A stretch of DNA of 64,000 nucleotides from an uncultured Nitrospinota bacterium (GCA_963707985.1 CAVPRW010000047.1:18382-82381), one strand, 5' to 3'. Shown: positions 11,084 through 21,337, numbered from the stretch's first letter. Notes: generated by a model from the sequence alone, not told the origin. A program made the numbers and translations.

Positions 11084-11659
11084 ATGGACGCAGACAAGAT
11101 CCAGATCGTCGCTTCTAAGCATGGCGTTTCTCCAGACGCTGTTCAGCATCTTTATCACGCGATTCTCGTCGGAAAAGGCACGATGGCACAATTTAGTCAT
11201 CCCGAGTTCGGCGGCACCGGTCAATGGATGCGAGGCGGCATGATCATGATCGGGGATATGTTCAACAATGCGTTGAAAGCCAGGGTGGAGGCTCTTTGCA
11301 ACGACGTCGCTCAACTGCTCCTTTCGGATCCGTCCGCGACGAGTTCGGCTGCCTTTCCATCATTCACCATGGCTGCCGCTGGCTGGTGGCCGGCGGAACT
11401 GGGTCGGCCTGCCGCAGTCGGCGGTCAGAACGAACTTTATTATGCGTATTTCCCCGATAAGCACCGCCTCGCGATTCGGCATGGCGACACCATGAGCCTC
11501 TACGACACGGCTGGGTACACGATCACGAGCTTCAGCCAGCAGCAGCAATCGGGTCTGCAGGGGTTGTACTTCAGGAGCCAGCAGGGCCTGATAGCGGTGA
11601 TAACCCTCCCAGTGATAGCGTCCCGGAGGATGCCCTTCCCCTCACCGCCCCCATCATGA
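11084..11659 (+). CDS. Conserved hypothetical protein (family often fused to a C-terminal SHOCT domain, absent here)
   Basis: MAQFSHPEFGGTGQWMRGGMIMIGDMFN and WWPAELGRP..GGQN..YAYFP..RLAI motifs recognised. Confidence 0.65.
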   Translation: MDADKIQIVASKHGVSPDAVQHLYHAILVGKGTMAQFSHPEFGGTGQWMRGGMIMIGDMFNNALKARVEALCNDVAQLLLSDPSATSSAAFPSFTMAAAGWWPAELGRPAAVGGQNELYYAYFPDKHRLAIRHGDTMSLYDTAGYTITSFSQQQQSGLQGLYFRSQQGLIAVITLPVIASRRMPFPSPPPS

Positions 11660-12137
11660 GCCCTGTCTCTTCGAGTTGTATGGACTTGACCATGACGTGC
11701 AGGGCTGACCAAAGCCTTAAACGCTTACAGAGTGCACGCCCGGTCATGCTGCAAAAGTTTCCGTGGGCCAACGCTGCGCATCCATCCTAGGAAACCCCGC
11801 GGCTTCCTTGAGGCGTGCGAGGCCGTTGATCTCTCTCGGTAGCGATCGGACGGACTGGCACGACGCTTGCTCATTGGAAAGCAAAATGGATGATGGCGCT
11901 ACGGATACAAAGGAGGAAGAGGATATGAACCCGTACCCACACACCCACGGCATGCAATAGGGGACTCACAGACTCGTTACCCCCCTTGCTGGGCATGTCA
12001 GCAGCCTGTGCGTGTGGGAGTCAGATCGGCTTGCGCCGCAAGTACTGACGTCGGCCGTTTGCTGAAGCCACCACCTGCAGGCGGTGGAATATTGCGTGAG
12101 CCATGATGGCATCACCTATGCCTCAAAGGAGAACACG

Positions 12138-13895
12138 ATGCGTTGGCGAGGGATCCTCTCACTATCCACCCTGGTCGTCTGTCTACTGGGGGCAGCTCCG
12201 GCCAAGGCCACTGTCTTCGTCCACCTATTTGAATGGCCCTGGAATGATATCGCCCAGGAATGTGAGGATTTTCTGGGACCCAAGGGCTATTTCGCCGTGC
12301 AGGTATCGCCGCCCAACGAGCATCGCCTGCTGCTGGGTCGGCCCTGGTATGAGCGCTATCAGCCCGTCAGTTATCAACTGACCAGCCGCAGCGGCACGCG
12401 CCAAGAATTCATCCAGATGATCCAGCGTTGCCATCGGGCAGGCGTGCAAATCTATGCCGACGCGGTCATCAACCATATGGCCAGTTGCCGGCCATCCTGC
12501 GACGCGGCCCAACCCCAGTTCGGCAATCGGGGCGTAGGTGGCAGCACGTATGAGATCGGCCAATATCGGTTCAATACGCTGTTCGACGAAGAAGACAAAA
12601 ACCGCGTTGCCGGTGGGCTCGACGCCTATCAACGCGAGCATTTTCATCATGGCTGCAACCAGGTCAGCAACTGGAACGATCCCTGGCAGGTGCAGAACTG
12701 CGAGCTGGAACGCCTCGCTGATCTGGCCACCGAACGCGAGGACGTGCAGAATACCATTGCCAACTATCTGGCCGCGTTGTTCGCCTTGGGCATCGACGGT
12801 CTTCGCATCGATGCTGCCAAGCACTTCCCCCCCGGCGATCTCCACGCCATTCTGACCAAGGCCGCCACCGCCGCCAACGTGCGTATCGAAGGCACAGCGA
12901 TCAACCCAGGAGGAGCCAGGCAGGTGCTGGTGTTTCAGGAGATCATCGGCCGTCCTCCTGATCCTAATGCCGCGTATGCAAACGGCAAAGTCTTGGAATT
13001 CGACTACGGCACAAAGCTGGGTGAAAAATTTCTGAGTGGATCGCTCAGCCCGCTCAATGGGCCAGTTCCCTTTGGCGAGGGTTGGGGGTTACAGCCCAGC
13101 TGGATCAGCATCGCCTTTATCGATAACCACGACAATCAGCGCGGTCATGGGGGTGGCGGGCAGATCATCAAGGACATGCGCAATCAGTTGAGCGCGTATA
13201 CGCTAGCCAATATCTTCATGTTGGCCTGGCCGTATGGGTATCCGCACGTGACGTCCAGTTACCGCTTCGGCAACGGGGAAATCTGGTTCCATGACCAGAA
13301 CCCGGAACAGGACATCACCAGTGTTGCCAACATGCCAGTGCACGATGATTTCCTGGGTCCCCCACATCATGGAGCCCACAAAAGCGTGTTGCAGGCAGGC
13401 GACTATGCCACCGCCAGCGACTGGACCACCCGCGGGCCCTGGGTGAATGAGGACGGGAAGTGGCGCAATACCTGCTTTGATGGTAACTCGAAGTGGATGT
13501 GTGAACATCGCTGGCGGCCGATCGCAAACATGGTCGGATTTCGCAATGCGGTCAATGCTAACTGGAATCCTGTCGCGCATTGGTGGAGTAACGGTAACCG
13601 CCAGATCGCGTTCGGACGTGGTCCTCTGGGATTCGTGCTCATCAATGCCGAGCCGGGCACCGATGCCGCCACCTTCGGCCCCGAAGGCAACGGCTGGATG
13701 CAAACGGGGCTGCCGGCGGGTAGGTACTGCGACGTCATCCACAGTAACCTGGCGACCGATAAGACGCGGTGCCTCACCGAGAACGGGCAGGATGTGATGC
13801 CGGTGACCGTGTTTGCCGATGGCAAGGCCCATATTCCCGTCAATCCCATGGATGCCGTTGCACTCCATGTCGGAGCCCGGCTACTCGGTGACTAA
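12138..13895 (+). CDS. Secreted GH13 alpha-amylase (animal/actinobacterial-like type)
   Basis: Signal peptide; VHLFEW, VQVSPP, WYERYQPVSY, DAVINH; catalytic RIDAAKH / QEI / DNHD; WMCEHRW; C-terminal Aamy_C-like domain. Confidence 0.92.
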   Translation: MRWRGILSLSTLVVCLLGAAPAKATVFVHLFEWPWNDIAQECEDFLGPKGYFAVQVSPPNEHRLLLGRPWYERYQPVSYQLTSRSGTRQEFIQMIQRCHRAGVQIYADAVINHMASCRPSCDAAQPQFGNRGVGGSTYEIGQYRFNTLFDEEDKNRVAGGLDAYQREHFHHGCNQVSNWNDPWQVQNCELERLADLATEREDVQNTIANYLAALFALGIDGLRIDAAKHFPPGDLHAILTKAATAANVRIEGTAINPGGARQVLVFQEIIGRPPDPNAAYANGKVLEFDYGTKLGEKFLSGSLSPLNGPVPFGEGWGLQPSWISIAFIDNHDNQRGHGGGGQIIKDMRNQLSAYTLANIFMLAWPYGYPHVTSSYRFGNGEIWFHDQNPEQDITSVANMPVHDDFLGPPHHGAHKSVLQAGDYATASDWTTRGPWVNEDGKWRNTCFDGNSKWMCEHRWRPIANMVGFRNAVNANWNPVAHWWSNGNRQIAFGRGPLGFVLINAEPGTDAATFGPEGNGWMQTGLPAGRYCDVIHSNLATDKTRCLTENGQDVMPVTVFADGKAHIPVNPMDAVALHVGARLLGD

Positions 13896-14052
13896 ATACG
13901 CTGGGGTATGGCGGATGCCGGGCTAATCGGGGGTAAGGGCTGCTGTTCCGTCTCCCGCTGCCAGGTCTCGACGCTGGTGGCGGGATGACGGACAATAGTC
14001 GGCATGGTACGATGAGCTTCTTTAAGCAATCGGAATGCTCCCGGATCGATAG

Positions 14053-14391
14053 GTGGCCATGTCGATGCAGTCACAGCGCTGGATCGCCGTGACTGAGCCG
14101 CGATTCCCCTGGGAACGCTCGGCCTTGACCTACTTGCGCGAGCGCTTACCGGATCAAGAGCCCTTTCGCGCCTGGTCCAATTTCGAATTCATCGCCGAAG
14201 ACGGCAGCATCAATGAAGTCGATCTGTTGGTGGTGTCGCTCTACAAGATCTATTTGGTGGAGATCAAGAGCCGCCCGGGCCGCGTCTCAGGGGATGCCGG
14301 CACCTGGACGTGGACGCATGAAGGACGGCACTTCACCGAAGATAATCCGCTGCTGCTGGCCAATCGCAAAGCCAAGAAGCTGAAATCGCTT
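14053..14391 (+). pseudogene. pglW: 5' fragment (NERD domain) of BREX-2/Pgl kinase PglW, cut off by an IS1 remnant
   Basis: FPWERSAL..LRERLPDQEPFRAWSNFEFIAEDGSINEVDLLV...EIKSRPG...DNPLLLANRKAKKLKSL, then an abrupt junction. Confidence 0.8.
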
Positions 14392-15050
14392 GCCGTTGAT
14401 ACACGCCAGCGTGATCGGTGTAAAATTGTGAGAGACCAAACGGCCGTAACAACGTCTGCAATTGTCAAAAGACCTCATCCTCGTGGGTGCCGCACACCTA
14501 CGCCAAAACGATCCCTTTCTGATGATCAACGGCAGGCCATCACCAGCGCTGCTGCTCCGTTCGTTTCACAAAACTCCACATCTTATCGAGCGCTGATTCA
14601 TCCACCTTATGAATCGCAACTTCCACATCTTCTGGGTGGCGATACGTACCGATATTTGGATTAACGGCGTGCAGCTCTGGCGCTTTTTTTAATTCATGTA
14701 GAACAGTAGTTGGACTGATCTGTAATACCCGTGCGATATCTCGAATGCCAGTCGCATGGAGACTCATATCGATAATTTGTTGTTTCACCGCTGGTAGGCG
14801 TCCCCGATACACATAGTCACGTATAAATGTCACAGTCGTACACGTTTCATTCTGACAGCGAAAGCGTTGTTTACCATCCGAAGTCTTCCCATGTTTCACT
14901 ACATCCGTTCCCTGACATGTGGGACAGTGAATTGGTTCTACCACCATCACAGACCTGCCTTTCCTAGACGGGACGTGCATGACACCGCTGTACCACTCGT
15001 CCGTATATACCAGGGCGGGTCAAGAAATTCAACAAATCTGGGACACTACC
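14392..15050 (-). mobile_element. Degenerate, 3'-truncated IS1-family element (InsA fused to InsB)
   Basis: InsA zinc ribbon CPTC...GKQRFRC; GIRDIARVL; LDKMWSFV; in-frame stops in InsB; left end GGTAGTGTCCCAGATTTG at 15050. Confidence 0.85.
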
Positions 15051-15127
15051 ATCTCAAGGAGTTGGCGAAAAAGATTCAAATGTACCACCAAAACTGTGGA
15101 AACCTAACATAGGTATTAAAGCTATTT

Positions 15128-15265
15128 CTCATGGTTCGCTCTTTTTTAGGGCGGTTTGTAAGTATCGGAGCAGAGACTCGTGTAGATGTCGACAGGGAAG
15201 TTCAGGAGCGCGAGAATGCCTTCTTGCACACGAGACAGGGGGTCAGGTGGTAACGCCAGCGGTCG
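15128..15265 (-). mobile_element. 3' remnant of a probable IS1634-family transposase and element end
   Basis: Minus-strand RYHLTPLSRVQEGILALLNFPVDIYTSLCSDTYKPP* followed by GAGCGAACCATGAG. Confidence 0.6.
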
Positions 15266-15374
15266 ACAAACAGGCCTGTCGTACGGACTCTCTCCATCAT
15301 CCCTCAAAATTTACGGCACATCCCCCGGAATCCGAGATCATCTAACATCACCTCCGTCCTCATGGAACGCTGCT

Positions 15375-15398
15375 GGGGATTACAAGAGAAAAATCCCC
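15375..15398 (-). terminator. Hairpin directly after the stop of the candidate selenoprotein gene
   Basis: GGGGATT-N10-AATCCCC; no U-tract. Confidence 0.4.
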
Positions 15399-15913
15399 TA
15401 CGGCTCCTCCACGACGGTTACGGTCAGATGGATCTCGGCAAGGGGTTGACTGAGCTCGCCTGTGGTGATTCGGATGACCTTCTCCATGAACCCTATGCGG
15501 TCTGGCCCATGGTAACTCGGATCGAAGGTGACCCGTAAGGTCGCCTCCTCACCGGGGCTGAGCGTTTCCGTCCAGGTGGGATAATTATTGAGCATGCCAA
15601 AGGCGGGGCTCTGCCGCTGGGCCACCACCAGGGTGGCCGACGTGCACGGTCAGGAGGTCCAAATGCGGCGAAGCGTGAGCGGAAGCTCCCCGTGCGCACG
15701 GAGCATGAAGGTGGTCTGCACCATCCCTCCGAGTCGCGGCACACGGCCGAAGTCATAGGATGCGGGGATACTGGTGAGGCTCCCCTCGGTCTCCGCGTGG
15801 GTCACGGCTCCCTCCCAGAGGAGCGCCCAAGCGACGAGGCCGATGAGGATAATCGCCCTCAAGCCCGCCATTCCGCGTCTGTGTCCCCATGGAAAGATCG
15901 TCGAATGCGGCAT
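15398..15913 (-). CDS. Exported DUF1573-like (Ig-like) protein; candidate selenoprotein with Sec at TGA 15650-15652
   Basis: ORFs 15650-15913 and 15398-15628 are in frame; readthrough gives YDFGRV...LTLRRIWTS-U-PCTSA...LSPGEEATLRVTFD, matching the family TSCGCT motif; RBS GAGGAGG; signal peptide; SECIS-like hairpin. Confidence 0.8.
15620..15638 (-). promoter_or_regulatory. Putative bacterial SECIS hairpin
   Basis: GGCCACC-CUGGU-GGUGGCC, a perfect 7-bp stem starting 11 nt after the UGA. Confidence 0.7.
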
Positions 15914-15978
15914 CGGTGTACCTCCTCACGCCATCAGCCTCCAGCACAAAAGCGGGTCCCATAACTGCCGTCGGCCTG

Positions 15979-16007
15979 AATGTAGCGAGGTGCCATCCCT
16001 ATGTCAA
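15979..16007 (-). promoter_or_regulatory. Sigma70 promoter for the candidate selenoprotein gene
   Basis: TTGACA-N17-TACATT. Confidence 0.65.
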
Positions 16008-16447
16008 TGGCTTGCATTGAGACGCCCTGACGCCCCAGGACGGGATCATGGTGGGCGGGCCGACGGCGGCGGGAGATACTGTCCTCCCCATCCATCCCCG
16101 CGTGTGTCGGATCGGCAACGTCGTCCCTGGTAGACACCAGCACGGCGTCTGGACCACCACACCTAGCTGGCACCAGCAGCGGCCGATCCCTCAGCACCTG
16201 ACAGACCCCGCGTCCGATATGACGGCTTGATGCTCCCCGGCCATGGGCCACCCCAGCCTCGCAGCCTCAAATGTCACAGCCGACCCTCGCGCCTCTGGCA
16301 GACGTGGCACCCACACGCACTGCGGCGGGGGGAGGGCCATCCTTCTTGACGGACTCGCGTAGCTCCCGCATACTTGCGCCACGTGATCAGGACTGGTTGG
16401 TGGGGTCAGCTGGACCGCAGGTGACCCCTTGTCTGAGGAGACAGGCC

Positions 16448-17305
16448 ATGAAGACATACGTGCTGCGCGTCGCACTGATGGCTGGGCTCGTGGTGATGGC
16501 CGCGGGATGGGGGCAGGCCGAGAGTCTGTCGGGGACGATTGCCTCCACCCATACCTTGACCCAGGACACCGACCTCACCGGCGACGTGATCTGTACAGTC
16601 TCGGACGCCCCCTGTCTCGTATTTGGGGCGCCGAGCCTGCAACTTCGGCTACATGGGCATGCTATCACGGGGCAGGGGCTCGCCGATGCCTGTCCCACCG
16701 TGGCGTTTGCGGAGGACGGGATTGAGACCAACCGACATCCCGGAGTGTCGATCGTGGGGCCAGGCCTTGTCCGGCGCTTTCGGCAGCACGGGATCCTGGT
16801 GAATAGCGACCTTGCGGCCGTGCGGCAGGTCGTGGTGGCTAGTAGCTGCCTGAACGGGATCGCCGTGTTTGGGCGCGGCAACCGCGTGGAGCAGACGACC
16901 GTGGTCCGGGCGGCGCTGGTAGGCCCCGGCTTCGCGGGGATCTTCTGCGGCGGCAGTGGCGGGCACCGGCTGCGACGGAATGAGGTGGTGAGCGGTGGCG
17001 GGCCCGGCATCACCGTGGCGCCGGCCGCAGGGACTGACGCCCTCCCCAATCTGCTGGAGATGAACAGTGCCTCGGGCAATGATGGGATCGGCCTCGTGCT
17101 GGCCTGGGGCGCGGTCGGCAACTCCATTCGTCGGAACGCGGTACTCGGGAACCGGCAAGTCCCAGATATCCTGGATGGCAATCCAGTGGGCACGAACCAA
17201 TACGAGGCCACCCTGTGCGAAACATCGCTGGGGGGCGCGCCGTCCTGTTCCAACCTCCCAGCCCTCGCTGGGCATGAACCCGCCATGGGGACCGAGCTGG
17301 AATAG
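16448..17305 (+). CDS. Secreted right-handed parallel beta-helix repeat protein
   Basis: RBS GAGGAG, signal peptide, LRLHGHAITG, repeated GI.V...N strands. Confidence 0.75.
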   Translation: MKTYVLRVALMAGLVVMAAGWGQAESLSGTIASTHTLTQDTDLTGDVICTVSDAPCLVFGAPSLQLRLHGHAITGQGLADACPTVAFAEDGIETNRHPGVSIVGPGLVRRFRQHGILVNSDLAAVRQVVVASSCLNGIAVFGRGNRVEQTTVVRAALVGPGFAGIFCGGSGGHRLRRNEVVSGGGPGITVAPAAGTDALPNLLEMNSASGNDGIGLVLAWGAVGNSIRRNAVLGNRQVPDILDGNPVGTNQYEATLCETSLGGAPSCSNLPALAGHEPAMGTELE

Positions 17306-17409
17306 GTCAGTACGGGTGGTGAGCCATAAGGAAGACACGCGATGAGCGAAAGCGCTAAATACCGGGGGGATTCTTTGAGAGGGTGTTCAAGAACATGAGA
17401 GCGTTCAAT

Positions 17410-17673
17410 ATGAAGTCCAGTTCTACTGCCGCCATTCAGCGGGATGGGCCGTGGTGGATCGGATGGGGCTTGGAGGTTCCTGGTGTGAGCTCCCAAGGGA
17501 CAACCAGGGAAGAACTTATTGAAAATCTCTGTTCCGCCCTCCACGAAGCCCTCGAAATGAATCGTGCCGATGCCCTGGCTGCGGAGAGTGGCGCGGTTTC
17601 AGAAATTACAGACCCTGTGGCGTGGCAACGTGATCTACGTCAAGATCGTCCACTGTCTAGTCAAGCGGAGTGA
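17410..17673 (+). CDS. HicB-like antitoxin N-terminus joined to a VapB-type C-terminus
   Basis: IQRDGPWWIGW..EVPGVSSQGTTREELIENL (HicB-like) plus ITDPVAWQRDLRQDRPL. Confidence 0.6.
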   Translation: MKSSSTAAIQRDGPWWIGWGLEVPGVSSQGTTREELIENLCSALHEALEMNRADALAAESGAVSEITDPVAWQRDLRQDRPLSSQAE

Positions 17674-18035
17674 TGCTCATCGCTAGCAATATCATCATCT
17701 ACAGTGCTCAGCCCCCGAATGCCGACCTAGGACGCTTCATTGCGATCCATGCCCCTGCCGTCTCAGCCATCAGTTATGTGGAAGTGTTGGGGTACCACCG
17801 ACTGATAGAGCAGCATCGGCAACACTTCGTGCAATTTTTTCGGACCGCTCGCGTTCTTCTTCTCTCCCAAGCTGTACTTGATCAGGCAGTGGCACGTCGG
17901 CGGCGTCGGAGAATGAGCCTTGGCGATGCGATCATCGCTGGCACAGCTCTCGCTTACGACTTAACGCTCATCACTCGGAACACGGAGGATTTTCAGTGGA
18001 TTGATGAGCTGTCGCTCTTAACCCCGCTGGGGTAA
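17670..18035 (+). CDS. PIN-domain VapC-like toxin lacking the first catalytic Asp
   Basis: LIASNIIIY, SAISYVEVLGY, SLGDAIIAGTAL, LITRNTEDF. Confidence 0.8.
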   Translation: MMLIASNIIIYSAQPPNADLGRFIAIHAPAVSAISYVEVLGYHRLIEQHRQHFVQFFRTARVLLLSQAVLDQAVARRRRRRMSLGDAIIAGTALAYDLTLITRNTEDFQWIDELSLLTPLG

Positions 18036-18079
18036 GGATCACGAGCATATAAGCATAGAAGACAACAGATTACATGATT

Positions 18080-18335
18080 CAAGAGATGGCGCTGGACGAG
18101 TTGCGGGCGGCCCGGGCGCTAACGCAAGAGCATCTCTAACCCATTCCCCTGTTGCGTAACTCTCCGTAATCCTTATACTCTCTCAGCATAGAGTATCCTG
18201 TACGACTCCAGTGTCGTGTGGGCTCATCTCAACGCCGATTCAAGAGGAGGTCAGTCCATGGCCAAGATTCTGGAATGCGCTAAGGTCGACCCATCGAGTG
18301 GGTGTCAGCACGTGGTGCGGGGCGAGACAGCGCCT
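18080..18335 (+). pseudogene. Short gene fragments: XRE-HTH piece, then the 5' end of a DUF1059-like gene
   Basis: EMALDELRAARALTQEHL*; RBS AGGAGG then MAKILECAKVDPSSGCQHVVRGET at 18258, truncated. Confidence 0.5.
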
Positions 18336-18484
18336 GACGCCGCTTGAGGATCTGCCGGCAGGTCCCGGCGGTCGGTGCAGCGCGAGAAGAGACTCGTCAG
18401 GCTGCAGATGACACTCGGGAAGGCCAGAGAGCAGCAATAAATTTTCAGCGAGGCCGCTAGGGGTAGTGACTGCCTCGCCGACCA

Positions 18485-20512
18485 TAGCAGTGCGCAAAAC
18501 GACTTCGTCAGCGTCACCGAGGTGCCAAGGCGGACGTTTGCGAAACATCCGTGGAGCATTGGTGGCGGTGGGGCTGCTAATCTCCAGGAAATTATCGATC
18601 TCAAAGCGATCCATCAATTACAGGACCTCATCCAATCTATAGGATTCTATCAAGACACTCACTCCGATCAAGCATTCGTACAGCCGATAGATTTTGTGCA
18701 TCGGCATCAGCTTCATGAGGGCTTCCGGCTTCAGGTTAGGGGTGAACAGCTCCGTGATTGGTCAACCGAAGCGGACGAAGCGATGCTCTTCCCTTATAAT
18801 CGAGACCTGACCCAATGGGTAGAAATCCCAAAGCAGCCGCAATGGCCTTGGTTTCACAATTTACGAACTTTGCTTTGGGTAAGAACTACGTTTGGAGGAG
18901 GTACATACCGAGGCGATGGGCAAGTATGGTTTGACTACCATCAATTTCCTAAGGATCGAGCGCGCACTCCGCTGTCCATCGCTTTTGCCTTCGTCGCCAC
19001 GCACAACCACTTCGTCCTCGATCGCGGCGGAAAGGTCTTTAACCGCTCGGCGCCGATCATCAAGTTACCCGCCAAGGCCACCTTCGAAAATTTCTATGAG
19101 TTCACAGCTACTGGCTTACAGATGTTTCCGATCACCGAGGACAAGCCCCTTGACCTTTCTGCCCTCCTTGATCGCCTGGCCGAGGATCGACAGACTCACC
19201 TGCCGGCCCAACTGGCCGCCAGCTTCCCGCTGTCCCGCGCTGCTCTCGACGAACATAAACGTCAGTCTGAGGCCCTCCTCAGCAACATGATTGTCTTGCA
19301 GGAAGAACTCGACTGGCGCTGCTATATGCTCTACGGACTCACTGCCCAGGACCTCTGTTACCAAGACCCTGCCGGCAACCAGTGCGAGCCACCGGGTCTG
19401 TCTCTCGGCCAGCGCGCCTTCGAGATCGTCATGGCTCGCCAGATGGCCGGCGGCGAGCTGGAGACCACCTGGTTCGAACGTCATGGTTCGAAGTCCATCA
19501 CCGAACTTCCCGACCACAGGCCCGAGGACTACAAACGGCTGGTCGAGCGGCGCATCGAGCTGATCGAGCACGACCCCTACATCAACCTCATCGAACGCCC
19601 CGAGTACAAACGCCGCTGGAATACCGAGTCCTGGGAGGACCAGGAGCGTCGCGCCCTCCAGAACTGGCTGCTCGATCGCCTGGAGGACAGCCGGTACTGG
19701 CAGGAACCCTCTCTACAGACCACTCGCACCCTGGCGAACAAAGCGCAGATGGACAGCGATTTCCTGCAGGTGGCCGAACTGTATCGCGGCCATGCCGGCT
19801 TCGACGTGCACGCTCTGGTCGCTGAGCTGATCGAGGCCGAGTCCGTCCCATTGCTCCCCGTGCTCCGCTACAAATCCTCGGGGCTGCGCAAGCGGAAATA
19901 TCTGGGAGCACACCTGGGACCGCCAGCGGCAGGAGGATGCCATCGATGCCGAGGTGGAGAGCACCCTGACACGAGGCGCCGATGAAACTGCCGAGTCATT
20001 CAAGGAGCATTTGGCAGCCGAGCAACGTCGCCGTAAGCGGGAGGAAATCGACGATATTCCGCCACCGCCCAAGTACACTTCGGCCGATTTTCAGACCTCG
20101 ACCCTGCTGGCGCCTGCGCGGTGCCCTCGACGTGCCGAAGGAGCGCTTCGTCAGCTATCCGTTCTGCTCGCGAGACGCCGATCCATCGCTGCTGATCGGC
20201 TGGGCTGGTTGGGACCACCTGCAACAGGCCAAAGCCCTGGCGGCCTGGTATACGGAGGTAACGAAACAAGAGGGTTGGTCGGTCGAGCGGCTAAAACCAC
20301 TGCTGGCTGGCCTGACGGAGATCATCCCATGGCTCAAGCAGTGGCATAACGACCTCGACCCCGAGTTTCAGGAGCGCATGGGGGACTTTTTCGAGACCTT
20401 CCTGCAAGGGCAGCTTCAGCGATACGGCTTGACACGGGACGACCTCAAGCACTGGACACCCCCTGCTGCAGGGCGGCCAAGACGGGGCCGTCGACGCTCA
20501 TCAATGTCCTGA
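18485..20512 (+). pseudogene. pglX: 3' half of BREX-2 adenine DNA methyltransferase PglX (no MTase core, probable internal deletion, two +1 frameshifts)
   Basis: HPWSIGGGGA, IAFAFVATHNHFVLDRGGKVFNRSAPIIKL, LQEELDW, LIERPEYKRRW, PPPKYTSADF, WRLRGALDVPKERF, GWAGWDHLQQA. Confidence 0.85.
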
Positions 20513-20740
20513 AGCACACCTCGACGCAGCATGTCGCCTGTGGTGCGTACGGGCGGGATGATCGGCCCTGGCCTCCGCAGTCCAAGGATCCCCGCCTGCT
20601 ATCCCTGCACAGTTTAGGCTATTGTGATATGATAGTATCTTACTGGCAGCGTTCACTAAAAACAGGAAAGTCATAAGACACTTGAGAAGTGGGGGTATCT
20701 GTGTTGCCGATTTGCCCTCTGCTCGATAGAGACTGGAGTG

Positions 20741-20850
20741 GGTTATGTCGCAAATTTCGATTTTAAGGGTAAAATCCGACAATCGTCTCTCGGAAATTCA
20801 ATGACTTACAGACACCAAAACTCTCGAAAAAGCAACTTTGCGACAGAACC
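20741..20850. mobile_element. 110-bp non-autonomous element (MITE) with IS6-like terminal inverted repeats
   Basis: Left GGTTATGTCGCAAATTT vs right (reverse complement) GGTTCTGTCGCAAAGTT, 15/17 match; no transposase inside. Confidence 0.7.
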
Positions 20851-21033
20851 ATCTTTCCAGCTTCGCGCTCTGGACACAAGTGACGAAATCCGAAATCTCG
20901 CCTGCTGCTTCCGGACTACTAAAGCTGTATAAGAAGAAGCTCCATGTTTATAATGTACCCCGAAAACTGGACAGGTGATTAAGATAGAATGCTGTGTCAT
21001 GGCACGAGCCTGGAGGAGGTGAGGAGAGAGAAG

Positions 21034-21324
21034 ATGTCGACACAGCGGAAACATTATAGCGCGGAGTTCAAAGCCCGTGTGGCATTGGACGCCATCAAGG
21101 GGCACAAAACAGTCAACGAGCTCGCGAGTACCTACGGGGTACATCCGACCCAGATTACGCACTGGAAACATCAGCTCCAACAGGAGGTTCTCCATATTTT
21201 CTCAGCCCGACGGGCCAAGCGTGAACAGGACCAGGACGCCCTACAAGCCCGGTTATACCAACAAATTGGGCAACTCAAAGTGGAGTTGGACTGGTTGAAA
21301 AAAAAAGCTGGAGTTATCAGCTGA
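21034..21324 (+). CDS. IS3 transposase OrfA
   Basis: RKHYSAEFKARVAL HTH; LYQQIGQLKVELDWLKKK. Confidence 0.9.
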   Translation: MSTQRKHYSAEFKARVALDAIKGHKTVNELASTYGVHPTQITHWKHQLQQEVLHIFSARRAKREQDQDALQARLYQQIGQLKVELDWLKKKAGVIS

Positions 21325-21337
21325 GGCCAAGCGCGGT

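Noticed and set aside
11660..12130. Riboswitch or small gene upstream of the amylase
   Set aside because: No recognisable aptamer consensus; the RBS-led ORF at ~11925 stops after 11 codons
14392..14664. C-terminal half of the 203-aa ORF 14053-14664 as real protein
   Set aside because: It is antisense readthrough of the IS1 remnant
16387..17544. Long antisense ORFs (385 aa here; also 735-1700, 29646-30770, 52597-53481)
   Set aside because: Shadow frames of real genes in GC-rich DNA, with no motifs
18258..18350. TGA after the DUF1059-like fragment as a second Sec codon
   Set aside because: It lies past the truncation junction, is not at a conserved Cys position and has no evident SECIS-like hairpin
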